Below, piece by piece: positions 1-8,898 of a DNA stretch of 28,536 nucleotides. This DNA is from an uncultured Fibrobacterales bacterium (GTDB lineage: Bacteria; Fibrobacterota; Fibrobacteria; Fibrobacterales; CAWVXU01), in NCBI GenBank assembly GCA_963934255.1, contig CAWVXU010000030.1, forward strand, positions 1 to 28,536, written 5' to 3'. The notes beneath the pieces are model-generated. The model did not search any database. It worked only from the letters and a program-made list of their open reading frames with translations, and was not told the DNA's origin. Positions within the stretch are counted from its first letter, which is position 1. Each line of letters opens with the position of its first letter. Made by a program: the position numbers and the translations under genes.

Positions 1-462
1 GATTGAAATGGAGTGTCATGAGGATTATACTCTACTTGGTATCTATTGATATTTAATTTGGATTGAGAATGTAAATGGTTTATTTCTGTTGAATATTCTT
101 ATAAAAGAGTATTTTGAACAAGACCGTTTGCAAGTGAAGTTGCACCCATATCATTGAGATGAATATCGATCAAGTGCCGCTTGCCCCCAGTGATCTGCAT
201 ACTCGTTATTAATGTTAAAAGAAAGTGAGACAGATGGGCTAGCCGTTTTAAACTCAATAGAAATACCAGCTTGAGCTTCTGCATTAGCGGCTGACCAATA
301 CCCACTAATAGATTGAGTTATGTAGCTCTGCTTGAGGCGATAAAGCTCAGCTCTTAATGACGAAATATTGCTTTCTATGCTACCTGTGTAGCGAAAATAA
401 ATATCATCTGGAAAAATGAAACCTGTTGAAAAGAGTAATGAAACAGAGGTAAGTGTCGACAT
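1..462 (-). pseudogene. Probable SGNH/GDSL hydrolase pseudogene (N-terminal accessory domain joined out of frame to the catalytic-domain C-terminus; runs off the window edge)
   Basis: 151..462 has AQAGISIEFKTASPSVSLSF, resembling the AG-x-x-x-x-F-x-T-x-S segment of SGNH N-terminal domains. Another frame from about 167 reads DIHLNDMGATSLANGL, resembling SGNH block V. After an in-frame TAA at 99-101 that frame stays open to the window edge. No GDS motif is present. Confidence 0.5.
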
Positions 463-501
463 TAAAAAAATGAATTGACTACCTCATGACTGAATTGATG
501 T

Positions 502-867
502 CTACTCTTTTGGGCCGTCATATTGACATGCAGATGTACAGGTCTCAGCGACCTTAACACAGGAAAGCATCGGAAGACTTGGCTTGAGTTGGTCCCATAT
601 CCAGATGGCTATGTTTTCTGAAGTCGGATTTTCAAGACCGACAACATCTTCATTGAGGAAATGGTGGTCAAGTTGATTGTATAATGGCTTAAAGGCAGCA
701 CTTACGTCTGTGAAGTCCATCACCCAACCTAATTTGTCATCAACAGGTCCTTCAATGACAAGTTCGACCCCGAAGCTATGGCCATGAATACGACGACATT
801 TATGGTCATCGGGAACATGAGGTAAAAAATGCGCTGCTTCGAATTGGAAAGTTTTAATTATTTTCAT
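502..867 (-). CDS. queD: 6-carboxy-5,6,7,8-tetrahydropterin synthase
   Basis: Motifs [37 protein letters not shown] and ETCTS; typical 121 aa length; start overlaps the stop of the upstream gene (ATGA). Confidence 0.95.
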   Translation of the reverse strand: MKIIKTFQFEAAHFLPHVPDDHKCRRIHGHSFGVELVIEGPVDDKLGWVMDFTDVSAAFKPLYNQLDHHFLNEDVVGLENPTSENIAIWIWDQLKPSLPMLSCVKVAETCTSACQYDGPKE

Positions 868-1619
868 GGAGTAAATTTAATTGAAAGTCCCTGATTTTCA
901 AGCTCAAGTTGAGCTGGATTTTGTCCACTCTCCTCAAAAAATACCAAAGTATGCCGCATGAGGGCAGCAATGAGTGATTGATCGATCTGCATAGAGTGAG
1001 TATTCATGTTTTGAGACTTAAGATTGAGCTCAGTAGAATCCAAGTTTTGGTTGATAAAAAGGTCAAAATCTAGAGATTTCACCTCACCTGGGAGGCGTAA
1101 TTTACGCCAAGCTTCCTCATCGAGAAAACAAAGTAAGCCGTAGAAATGTTTCTGTAATATGGTCCCTAAACCTTTACCTTTTAACTCTACGCGCATCACT
1201 CCAGATTGATCAAAAATCTCAAGGACTGAAGGTAGTCTTACTTTGAAACTCAGTTTACCCCAATCCTTGAACCATTTTTGAGCGAGGCCATTGTATTGAG
1301 AGTTTCTTAGTTTTTGAGTCAGTCCGACTTTGGGGTTGAGTTGATGAGAATCTGCCCAAAGCTTTAAATTTTTGGTGTGAGTGCACTGGCCTGACTTACT
1401 AAACTCAAGACAAGAGCAATGTCCGTTTTTGGGATGTGTCAGTTCAACCCAGAGGGTGTGGTTTTTTTTGTCTTCAAAACTAGCATGTAAGCTGTCTCGA
1501 AAAAAAGTCCAATTATAAAACTCAAACTCAGATTTGGCTTCTACAGGTGTGCTGCCAAACAAATCAGGATGTGGTTCTGATTCATCAAATGCAAAAAGGT
1601 TTAATTGGTCGTCAGTCAT
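864..1619 (-). CDS. SWIM zinc-finger-containing hypothetical protein
   Basis: [14 protein letters not shown] fits the CxC-xn-CxH SWIM pattern; overlaps both neighbouring genes. Confidence 0.65.
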   Translation of the reverse strand: MTDDQLNLFAFDESEPHPDLFGSTPVEAKSEFEFYNWTFFRDSLHASFEDKKNHTLWVELTHPKNGHCSCLEFSKSGQCTHTKNLKLWADSHQLNPKVGLTQKLRNSQYNGLAQKWFKDWGKLSFKVRLPSVLEIFDQSGVMRVELKGKGLGTILQKHFYGLLCFLDEEAWRKLRLPGEVKSLDFDLFINQNLDSTELNLKSQNMNTHSMQIDQSLIAALMRHTLVFFEESGQNPAQLELENQGLSIKFTP

Positions 1620-2982
1620 TATCTCGATATAGGGTTACTTTATTTCTGCCGGTGCTTTTACTTTGGTAAAGCGCTTCATCTGAAAATCTAATTAAATCTG
1701 GTCCAGATATGCCTTGTTGGCGAGAATGAGAAACCCCGATAGATAAAGTAATTCTGATTCTATGTTCATCACATCGAATGATTGTGGCTTCCATTTTAGC
1801 TCGAATGCGTTCGGCAACGAGCATGGCAACACTCACTCCCGTCTCAGGTAGAAAGACAAAGAACTCCTCGCCTCCAAAACGAGCCGCTATATCAATGTTT
1901 TGTCTTAAACAGGAGTTTATCACATTGGCCATTTCAATGAGTGCCATATCACCTGAGTGGTGCCCATAAGCGTCATTAACTGATTTGAAAAAGTCAGCAT
2001 CGATAGCGAGAATTGATACATCACTATTATGACGCTTAGCCCGTAGGAGTTCAGCGACTAATTTTGGTTCAAAATAACGTCTAGTATAGAGTCCGGTCAG
2101 GTGATCGGTTACTGATTCTTTGAAAAGTTTTTCTTGGTCCATCACAGCTGCAACATTTGAGCTAAGAATGCATATCAGGTCAAGGTCAGTATCTGTAAAA
2201 GGGAGGCCAGATTGTTTGTTTGTCACATACAGAACACCATAAGCGACTTCATTCATGCGAAGGGGAACGCAAATAATGGAGTGAATATCTTCGTCTGCAC
2301 CGAGCTCTTTATGGTCGGTGATTTCATCAATTTTAAGTGTTTCACCAGATTCGAAAACTCGGCCATGAATCCCTTGACCTGGCTTAATTCCTTCCATGCG
2401 AATCTTACCTTCGTTAATAAGTTGATCGACTGCTGGATTAGCCATACCATGAACAATTTGGAGCTTAAGTTCTTCGAGTTCCTCATCATAGGTCATTATG
2501 TGACCTTTGGCTGCTCCGACCATTTCCATGGAATCCTTTAGAATTTTAGAGAGAAGCTCTTTAATCTTGTGTTGTTTAGCGAGGTGTTCGCCAATTGTTC
2601 TGATCTTTTTAATTTGCTCTTGAAAGTGAATGATTTTGTCTTCAAATTCAGATTTACGTTTTTGGGTAAACCATATTTTTACTAGAAAATTTAACGCATA
2701 GAGGTCTGTTCCTTTCAACAGATCCCGTTTTTCAACATAGAGGACAAGGACTTTTTTGGAATCAGGAACAATATAGAGCCACCCATCCTCAATACCCGGG
2801 CGACTAAAAACTTGATATTCAGCAGAAGCTTTATCAATGGGCATTGCTTTAATAAAAGGGGTTTCTTCTCTAAGCAGTATCGTACTATCACTCAACAAGT
2901 CACTGACAAGCTTTCGATCTCGGTTGATGCTATAAAGTGAGAATGAATGCAAATCAAAATTGGATATGAACAACTTTCTCAA
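1612..2982 (-). CDS. GAF sensor diguanylate cyclase (start uncertain)
   Basis: GAF segment (GQGIHGRVFESGE, SIICVPL, GVLYVTNK, FTDTD) followed by TDHLTGLYTRR, DADFFKSVNDAYGH and ARFGGEEF. The I-site is non-canonical (RQNID). The frame is open upstream of the TTG to 3099. Confidence 0.92.
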   Translation of the reverse strand: MRKLFISNFDLHSFSLYSINRDRKLVSDLLSDSTILLREETPFIKAMPIDKASAEYQVFSRPGIEDGWLYIVPDSKKVLVLYVEKRDLLKGTDLYALNFLVKIWFTQKRKSEFEDKIIHFQEQIKKIRTIGEHLAKQHKIKELLSKILKDSMEMVGAAKGHIMTYDEELEELKLQIVHGMANPAVDQLINEGKIRMEGIKPGQGIHGRVFESGETLKIDEITDHKELGADEDIHSIICVPLRMNEVAYGVLYVTNKQSGLPFTDTDLDLICILSSNVAAVMDQEKLFKESVTDHLTGLYTRRYFEPKLVAELLRAKRHNSDVSILAIDADFFKSVNDAYGHHSGDMALIEMANVINSCLRQNIDIAARFGGEEFFVFLPETGVSVAMLVAERIRAKMEATIIRCDEHRIRITLSIGVSHSRQQGISGPDLIRFSDEALYQSKSTGRNKVTLYRDND

Positions 2983-3106
2983 TACAGCAGACGGAGGAGT
3001 CTCACTTTTGAGCTGTTCTAATTCATCTAAGAGTGAAATCCCTATTTTCCAAATGTTAGATGGTTTGATGTGCGTTGACGGTTTTATAAAAAAGACCTTT
3101 CATACC

Positions 3107-3135
3107 TTGCCTAGGTCAATATTATACATTAAGAT
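3107..3135 (+). promoter_or_regulatory. Putative sigma70 promoter for pilD
   Basis: TTGCCT (3107-3112), 17-nt spacer, TAAGAT (3130-3135). Confidence 0.5.
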
Positions 3136-3169
3136 TACCACAGAATCCAACTTTTAGGTGAACCTATTC

Positions 3170-3994
3170 ATGTATAGCTCAATTTATGACTCTTTCGCAA
3201 TTCTTCCCTTTGGTTTTTGGGTTATTGTCTTCGGGGTTGTGGGTGCCTGTTTGGGGAGCTTTTTCAATGTTGTGATATGGAGGATGCCTCGTGGTGAGTC
3301 AGTCATGCACCCGCCTTCAAAATGTCCCAAATGTGATAGTGGGATTGCCTGGTATGATAATGTACCTGTATTTGGCTGGTTGTGGTTGTGTGGCAAATGC
3401 CGAAATTGCAAGAACCCTATCTCTTCCGAATACCCGATTGTAGAGTCTGTGACCGGTCTTTTGGGCTTACTTGCCCTATTTATGGTCCAAAGTTGGTTTG
3501 TGGATCCTCTTTGGGGTGACTATATTGCTGCATTTATCTTGATGATGGTCTTGGTGCCTGTAGTTGTGATTGATTTGCGACATTATCTTATACCTGATAT
3601 GATTGTTTTACCTGCCGCAGTGGTTATTTGGGCAATTTCACCGTTTAGAAGTCAAATGGGGATTGTTGATTCTTTTATTGGTGGATTTGGCATTGCATTG
3701 GGTCTTTGGGGGTTTGCAGCGATAATGTCCTTTGCGCTTAAAAAACAGGCGATGGGGTTTGGAGATGTTAAATACATGCTTTTTGCTGGCAGCTTACTTG
3801 GTTTTAGAAATGCAGTTTTGACCATTGTTATCGGTTCATTTACGGGTCTGATAATCATTCCATTATTAAAAGCCTTTAATCAACGAGAGTTGAGTAGCAA
3901 ATTTCCGTTTGGGCCGATGCTTGGTTTTGGAACTTTTGTTGCTCTATTTTGGGGTGATAAAATTTGGGCACTTTACTTTGGATTGTTTTTTTAA
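3170..3994 (+). CDS. pilD: Prepilin peptidase / N-methyltransferase (A24 family)
   Basis: GSFFNVVIWRMP, PPSKCPKC, GKCRNC, and the catalytic aspartates in IDLRHYLIPD and MGFGDVK, plus PFGP. SD-like AGGTG at 3156-3160 favours ATG 3170 over GTG 3158. Confidence 0.93.
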   Translation: MYSSIYDSFAILPFGFWVIVFGVVGACLGSFFNVVIWRMPRGESVMHPPSKCPKCDSGIAWYDNVPVFGWLWLCGKCRNCKNPISSEYPIVESVTGLLGLLALFMVQSWFVDPLWGDYIAAFILMMVLVPVVVIDLRHYLIPDMIVLPAAVVIWAISPFRSQMGIVDSFIGGFGIALGLWGFAAIMSFALKKQAMGFGDVKYMLFAGSLLGFRNAVLTIVIGSFTGLIIIPLLKAFNQRELSSKFPFGPMLGFGTFVALFWGDKIWALYFGLFF

Positions 3995-4085
3995 AGGGCC
4001 TTAATCTTGCGCAGACTCTTAATAAGCGACGCATTTTAAATTTGAAAGCAATCACATTAGATGCAGCCTATCGAAAAATTATAAT

Positions 4086-4121
4086 AAAAAAGCGAGCCGC
4101 TAAGATGAGGCTCGCTTTTTT
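4086..4121. terminator. Bidirectional intrinsic terminator between pilD and the SPFH operon
   Basis: AAAAAAGCGAGCC, 10-nt loop, GGCTCGCTTTTTT, lying between convergent genes. Confidence 0.85.
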
Positions 4122-4168
4122 AGTCAAAATTGAAATCTCAGCTTATCACTGAAAATAATTTTCATCCA

Positions 4169-5092
4169 TTAGACTTCAGATTGAATATTTACGCCTTTGA
4201 GTACATCTTCAAATTTAGTGAGATCAAGTCCAATAATGATTTCTTTATCTTTATGAGCAAGTTTACTGAGATTAGCAATATGCTGTTGTGACAAGCGCAT
4301 GTTGATTGCTTCCAAACCATGTTTAGAGCTAACAGCAGAGCCAAGTTTTCTGATAGAGCCAGCTGTTGCAGCTGCAATGGCTAAAATTTCAGCAGATTTC
4401 CCCTCGGCTTCGTTGATTCTTTTGGTTCGTTCGCCTTCAGACAAATTAATCATCTGAGCCATGACGCCTTCGGAGTCATTAATTTGAGCTTGTCTTTGCC
4501 CTTCAGCAGTAGAAATCATCGCACGACGATCGCGTTCTGCCGTCATTTGTTTTTCCATAGCAAACCTTACTGAGTCTGGAGGAACAATGTTCTTGACTTC
4601 ATAGCGATGTACTCGTATACCCCAATTTTCTGCAACTTCTTCAAGTACACCGACCACACGAGCAGAAATGAGTTCACGTTCTTCAAAGGTTTTATCTAAT
4701 GAAATCGTCCCGATAACAGCACGAGTAGTGGTTTGTGCTAGTTGAATTGCAGCATAACGATAATTTGTGATTCCATAGCTCGCATGTCTAGGGTCAACTA
4801 CGCTTATATAGATGACTCCATCGACTTCAACTTTAACATTATCGGAAGTAAAACATTCTTGTGGGTCAACAGGAATGGCTTCTTCTTTGAGGTCGAGAGA
4901 GTAGGCAACTCGATCAATGAATGGAAGCAAGATATGAAACCCAGCGCCGAGTGTTGATGAATAATTCCCAAGGCGCTCAACGATGAGTGCTGTTTGGGTG
5001 GGGACCATTCGAATAGATCGAATGAAATTGAATAAAATATAAAGTGCAAAAAGTCCGAACATGACTTTGGCGATATTGTTTAATGCGTCCAT
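4169..5092 (-). CDS. SPFH/band-7 (QmcA/paraslipin-like) protein, copy 2
   Basis: N-terminal TM; IVERLG, PFIDRV, QLAQTT, MEKQMTAER and AEG repeats. Confidence 0.92.
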   Translation of the reverse strand: MDALNNIAKVMFGLFALYILFNFIRSIRMVPTQTALIVERLGNYSSTLGAGFHILLPFIDRVAYSLDLKEEAIPVDPQECFTSDNVKVEVDGVIYISVVDPRHASYGITNYRYAAIQLAQTTTRAVIGTISLDKTFEERELISARVVGVLEEVAENWGIRVHRYEVKNIVPPDSVRFAMEKQMTAERDRRAMISTAEGQRQAQINDSEGVMAQMINLSEGERTKRINEAEGKSAEILAIAAATAGSIRKLGSAVSSKHGLEAINMRLSQQHIANLSKLAHKDKEIIIGLDLTKFEDVLKGVNIQSEV

Positions 5093-6009
5093 TATCTTAC
5101 TCCTCCACTTGTGGCAGCGGTGCCAGCAATAAGTTTTACAATTCCTTTGATATCAGCAAGATCACCAGGAAGTACTGAAACATCAGCAATATCTAGGATA
5201 TTTCCGTATTCGTTGATGAATTGTTCTAAAAGCTGAGTTTTAACAGCCAGAGCGCCACCTGGCTCATTAATTGCATCGGAGATTTCTTGAATCCCTTGAG
5301 CAGTTGCAGTGGCTACTAAAGTGATGGCTTCGGCTTTACCATTGGCTTCATTAATTCGTTTTTGTTTTTCACCTTCTGAGATATTGATTGCATGCATTCT
5401 ATCACCTTCAGAGACTTTGATACGAGCTTCTCTTTCACCGGATGAAATAGTGACTTCTGCCCTTTTGGAACGCTCAGCTTCCATTTGTTTTTCCATCGTG
5501 TCCATGACAGTTCTTGAAGGCGAGATATTTTTAAGTTCATATCGTAGCACTTTAATGCCCCAAGAGCTTGAAGCTTTATCAATTTCGCGGACGATTTTTT
5601 CATTAAGGGTTTCTCGCTCAGAAAATGTTTGGTCAAGAGTGATTTTGCCTAACTCAGATCTCATGGTTGTTTGAGCCAAATTTACAGCCGCGGCCTTGTA
5701 GTTACTAATACCATAACTTGCTTTATGAGCATCGATGACCTTGATATAAACAAGTCCATCAACTTCAACTTGAATGTTGTCACTAGTAATACAAGCTTGG
5801 CTAGGAACATCCAAAACACGCTCTCTCATCTCGCGAACATAAGCAGCGTTATCAATGAACGGAATCATGAAATGAAATCCTGGCTTAAGAGTTTCGACAT
5901 ACTTGCCGAGACGCTCTTTAATAATCTCTTCTCTCATTGTGACAATGATAAAGGTTTTCTTTATGAAAATGATCAAAAAGATCATGATAATGGCAAAGAC
6001 AAACCACAT
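5092..6009 (-). CDS. SPFH/band-7 (QmcA/paraslipin-like) protein, copy 1
   Basis: N-terminal TM; ERLGKY, PGFHFMIPFID, NLAQTTMRSELGK, WGIKVLRYE, MEKQMEAER. SD AAGGAG upstream. Confidence 0.93.
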   Translation of the reverse strand: MWFVFAIIMIFLIIFIKKTFIIVTMREEIIKERLGKYVETLKPGFHFMIPFIDNAAYVREMRERVLDVPSQACITSDNIQVEVDGLVYIKVIDAHKASYGISNYKAAAVNLAQTTMRSELGKITLDQTFSERETLNEKIVREIDKASSSWGIKVLRYELKNISPSRTVMDTMEKQMEAERSKRAEVTISSGEREARIKVSEGDRMHAINISEGEKQKRINEANGKAEAITLVATATAQGIQEISDAINEPGGALAVKTQLLEQFINEYGNILDIADVSVLPGDLADIKGIVKLIAGTAATSGGVR

Positions 6010-6043
6010 AATAACTCCTTATTTGTTGGTTTAAATACTTGGT

Positions 6044-6499
6044 TTAAATGTTTTTATCACTTAGTTTTTTCACAACCCAAGTGATGTTGTGACGATCAAT
6101 AATTTCAACGATATCTCCCTTTTTAAAAGAGGATGTATCTTGAGTTGTGGCGATCCAGTTAGCCCCAGAATAAAATATTTCTCCAGTTTGTTCTTTAAAG
6201 TCTGTGACTACTTTGACATGAGTCCCAAAGGCATCAGAGTCTTCATCAAAGTGACCCTTAATTAGATCCCTTGAAAAAAATGAACGAATCACGAAAATCC
6301 CAATAAAACTTGTCAAAATGGACAATATTGTCCACCATACAAAGACATCGTATAAGCTAGTTATCCATTGAAATTGATAAGCGAGTCCTACTGATATTGA
6401 GCTGAGGCCAACACAAAAAGATATGCCACCTGGGGTGATTAGCTCTAATAGGATAAGTATGGTGCCAATAATAAATAGCGTAATGGATAGTGCTTCCAA
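6044..6499 (-). CDS. NfeD-like membrane protein (short form)
   Basis: Three hydrophobic helices (LILLELITPG) followed by an OB-fold-like tail (GEIFYSGANWIA...KKGDIVEI); directly upstream of the SPFH genes. TTG at 6499 chosen because AAGGGG precedes it. Confidence 0.85.
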   Translation of the reverse strand: MEALSITLFIIGTILILLELITPGGISFCVGLSSISVGLAYQFQWITSLYDVFVWWTILSILTSFIGIFVIRSFFSRDLIKGHFDEDSDAFGTHVKVVTDFKEQTGEIFYSGANWIATTQDTSSFKKGDIVEIIDRHNITWVVKKLSDKNI

Positions 6500-6573
6500 A
6501 GTATGCCCCTTTGTGACTGAAAAACTAGTTAAATCCCTGATTATTCGCGACTTTCTCAATTCAAAGAGTTGAC

Positions 6574-6602
6574 TTCACTTTAAGCCTTCAATTTGCTAGT
6601 TT
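6574..6602 (+). promoter_or_regulatory. Putative extended -10 sigma70 promoter for the ferredoxin-GGR pair
   Basis: TTCACT (6574-6579), 17-nt spacer containing TG at 6594-6595, TAGTTT (6597-6602); ATG follows at 6609. Confidence 0.4.
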
Positions 6603-6608
6603 TGTGAC

Positions 6609-6869
6609 ATGCAAAATATTGAAATCTCTCGCAGTACCCTACGAAGCTCTGACTCTCCGGTAAACCCTACCAAGAGACGTCCTAAAAATAAAGAACTTTT
6701 ACTTGATCGCGATAAGTGCATTAGTTGTGCTGGTTGTGTTGGGATGTGTCCTGACCTTGCATTAGATATGTTTGGCACAGACCTTCAGATCTTTCAAGAA
6801 GAATGTACTTATTGCACTATATGCGTACGTATTTGTCCTGTAGGAGCATTGTCTATTGAAAAGCAATAA
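6609..6869 (+). CDS. 2[4Fe-4S] ferredoxin
   Basis: Two CxxCxxCxxxCP motifs: CISCAGCVGMCP and CTYCTICVRICP. Confidence 0.92.
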   Translation: MQNIEISRSTLRSSDSPVNPTKRRPKNKELLLDRDKCISCAGCVGMCPDLALDMFGTDLQIFQEECTYCTICVRICPVGALSIEKQ

Positions 6870-8025
6870 TTACGATGTAGTCATAATAGGCGCGGGCCCT
6901 GCTGGATCTGTTACAGCTAGACATCTAGCTCTAAAAGGTTATTCAGTTTTACTTATTGAAAAACGTCCTCAAATTGGAGTACCTGTCAGATGTGGTGAAG
7001 CAACAGGTCGTAGGTCAAGACTCGCTGATTTTGGTCCAATTAATGAAGATGCAATCGAAACTGATATTCACGGTGTGGTCCTGTATGCCCAAGGTGGAGT
7101 TTCAATTAAAGCCGACATCAATGATGTTGGGCTGATGGTGGATCGCACTAAGTTTGACCCTTGGTATGCTGAACTTGCAGAGCAAGCTGGAGTGGAAGTC
7201 ATATGTTCAGCTCGAGCAACTGATATTCGAGCACCTCACAATAATGAACGTGTAGTGTGTATTGAGTATCAAAAAGAAGTTTTTGAAATCAGCGCGCGCA
7301 TGGTAGTGGGCTCTGATGGCGTCGAAGCTTTAACTGGTCGTTGGACTGGACTCAAGACTCGCCATTTACCCCCAAAGACTTGCACAGGAATTGAACTCAA
7401 GCTCGATGTAATGGATGAAAACCCTAATCATTTGACCTTTTGGCAGGGCCACGATTACATTAACGATGGTTACATCTGGTCTTTCCCAAAAGTCAAATCA
7501 GGGACGACGAACTTTGGTGCAGGTTTTATTACACCTAAGCTTGGATCAATTAATGTTTATGAAGCTGCTGATGAATGGCGTGAAAAACTTTACCCTGGTT
7601 CTAAAGTTCTAGGAGTCACAGGTGGAGCAATCCCTGTATCTGGATGTCTAGAAGAATCTGTGGCTGACCATTTTTTATTAGTAGGTGACTCGGCACATCA
7701 TACGAATCCACTCACAGGTGGTGGTATCGCAAGTGGTATGGCTGGTGGACTTGTTGCTGCTGAACATATTGATCGCGCATTTAAAGCGGGAGACTTTTCA
7801 AAACAGTTTTTGAATTCTTATGAAAAAGGAATCTTAAGTGCCTTTGGGGATATCCATCATCGTCAGATGAGGATGCGTGACTATATTCTGGATAAAGGTG
7901 CGGATGACCAAGCCAAGTTTTTCAAAATGGTCAAAGACTTTGTTGATCATGGGAAAATTAACGCTTTTGTAAAGCAGCCATTTTATGCTGTGAAGACTGC
8001 TTGGGATTTAAACAAACTGAAATAA
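6856..8025 (+). CDS. Geranylgeranyl reductase family flavoprotein, archaeal DGGR-like
   Basis: GAGPAG FAD motif, EKRPQIGVPVRCGE, RTKFD, GYIWSFPK, LLVGDSA, NPLTGGGI. SD AGGAG at 6842-6846 before the TTG; overlaps the ferredoxin gene. Confidence 0.88.
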   Translation: MKSNNYDVVIIGAGPAGSVTARHLALKGYSVLLIEKRPQIGVPVRCGEATGRRSRLADFGPINEDAIETDIHGVVLYAQGGVSIKADINDVGLMVDRTKFDPWYAELAEQAGVEVICSARATDIRAPHNNERVVCIEYQKEVFEISARMVVGSDGVEALTGRWTGLKTRHLPPKTCTGIELKLDVMDENPNHLTFWQGHDYINDGYIWSFPKVKSGTTNFGAGFITPKLGSINVYEAADEWREKLYPGSKVLGVTGGAIPVSGCLEESVADHFLLVGDSAHHTNPLTGGGIASGMAGGLVAAEHIDRAFKAGDFSKQFLNSYEKGILSAFGDIHHRQMRMRDYILDKGADDQAKFFKMVKDFVDHGKINAFVKQPFYAVKTAWDLNKLK

Positions 8026-8130
8026 ATTGAAAAAGTTTCATTTTTTTAAATGAAAGGCACATGCTTTAAATAATGTCTTGTTTCATTTCCAATAGAAATC
8101 TATAGATATTAACAATTGTTGAAGAAGTCT

Positions 8131-8898
8131 TTAGCGAGCGATAAGCTTGGGCTTCATCTTCAAATGATCACAGCTACAAAGGTGAAGTGTCAAGTCAGAT
8201 GAATTGTCAGAAGTAAATGGTTTAAAATCAAGGTCTTGTTTCAATTGATGTAAGTGTCCAAAAACCCCTGTTTTGAGTCCTTCAACTTGGCTCACCATTT
8301 CAAGAGCACGGGTAGGGGTATACTTGGAAGTTGTTGGTGGATAATGAAACAAAACGATTTTATTGGTGTCTTTTGATTTAAGTGAATCAATGGAACGTTG
8401 TAATTTGAGAAGTTCGCTATTATATTTTTTATCCGAATCATCCCCTTCAACGACTTTATACATATCCGGAACTTCCCCGTCCTCAGTGGTCCAGTCAATG
8501 ATGTCGTTGCAATGATACTCTGAAGTATCCCAAAGCCTTGCACCAAAAAACTCCCAGTTTCCTATTTGAACAGAATCGCCATCTATAAAATGAAGGGTTT
8601 TGAGTCCAGCGTTTCTCAGTTGCGAGGTTTTTTTCCACCACAAGTCATGATTGCCTTTAAGTAAGATCTTTTTACCTGGGAGTGAGTTTAACCATTTAAG
8701 GTCAACAAGTGCGTCCTCCCAATGTACAGCCCAAGATATATCACCTGGGATTAAAATGATGTCCTTTTCGCTGACTAAATTTTGCCAATGACTTCCAATG
8801 CGTCTTTGATGACCGGTCCACATAGGTCCGAATTGGTCCATAGATTTATCAGGTAAAGCGCCGTGTAAGTGCGGATCTGAGAGACAATAAATAGTCAT
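8131..8898 (-). CDS. Calcineurin-like metallophosphoesterase
   Basis: SDPH, PGDISWA, KGNHD, HYPP and FGHLH motifs. Confidence 0.9.
   Translation of the reverse strand: MTIYCLSDPHLHGALPDKSMDQFGPMWTGHQRRIGSHWQNLVSEKDIILIPGDISWAVHWEDALVDLKWLNSLPGKKILLKGNHDLWWKKTSQLRNAGLKTLHFIDGDSVQIGNWEFFGARLWDTSEYHCNDIIDWTTEDGEVPDMYKVVEGDDSDKKYNSELLKLQRSIDSLKSKDTNKIVLFHYPPTTSKYTPTRALEMVSQVEGLKTGVFGHLHQLKQDLDFKPFTSDNSSDLTLHLCSCDHLKMKPKLIAR

Noticed and set aside
502..867. 7-deazaguanine DNA modification island or preQ1 riboswitch
   Set aside because: No dpdA/tgt, queC, queE or folE nearby. queD overlaps the upstream gene, leaving no leader, and queG is about 17.5 kb away.
1778..6084. Short alternative-frame and antisense ORFs (e.g. 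1778..1969, 2212..2541, 3184..3411, 5309..5674, 5671..6084) and similar ones elsewhere
   Set aside because: They lie within well-supported genes and show no motifs; treated as shadow ORFs.
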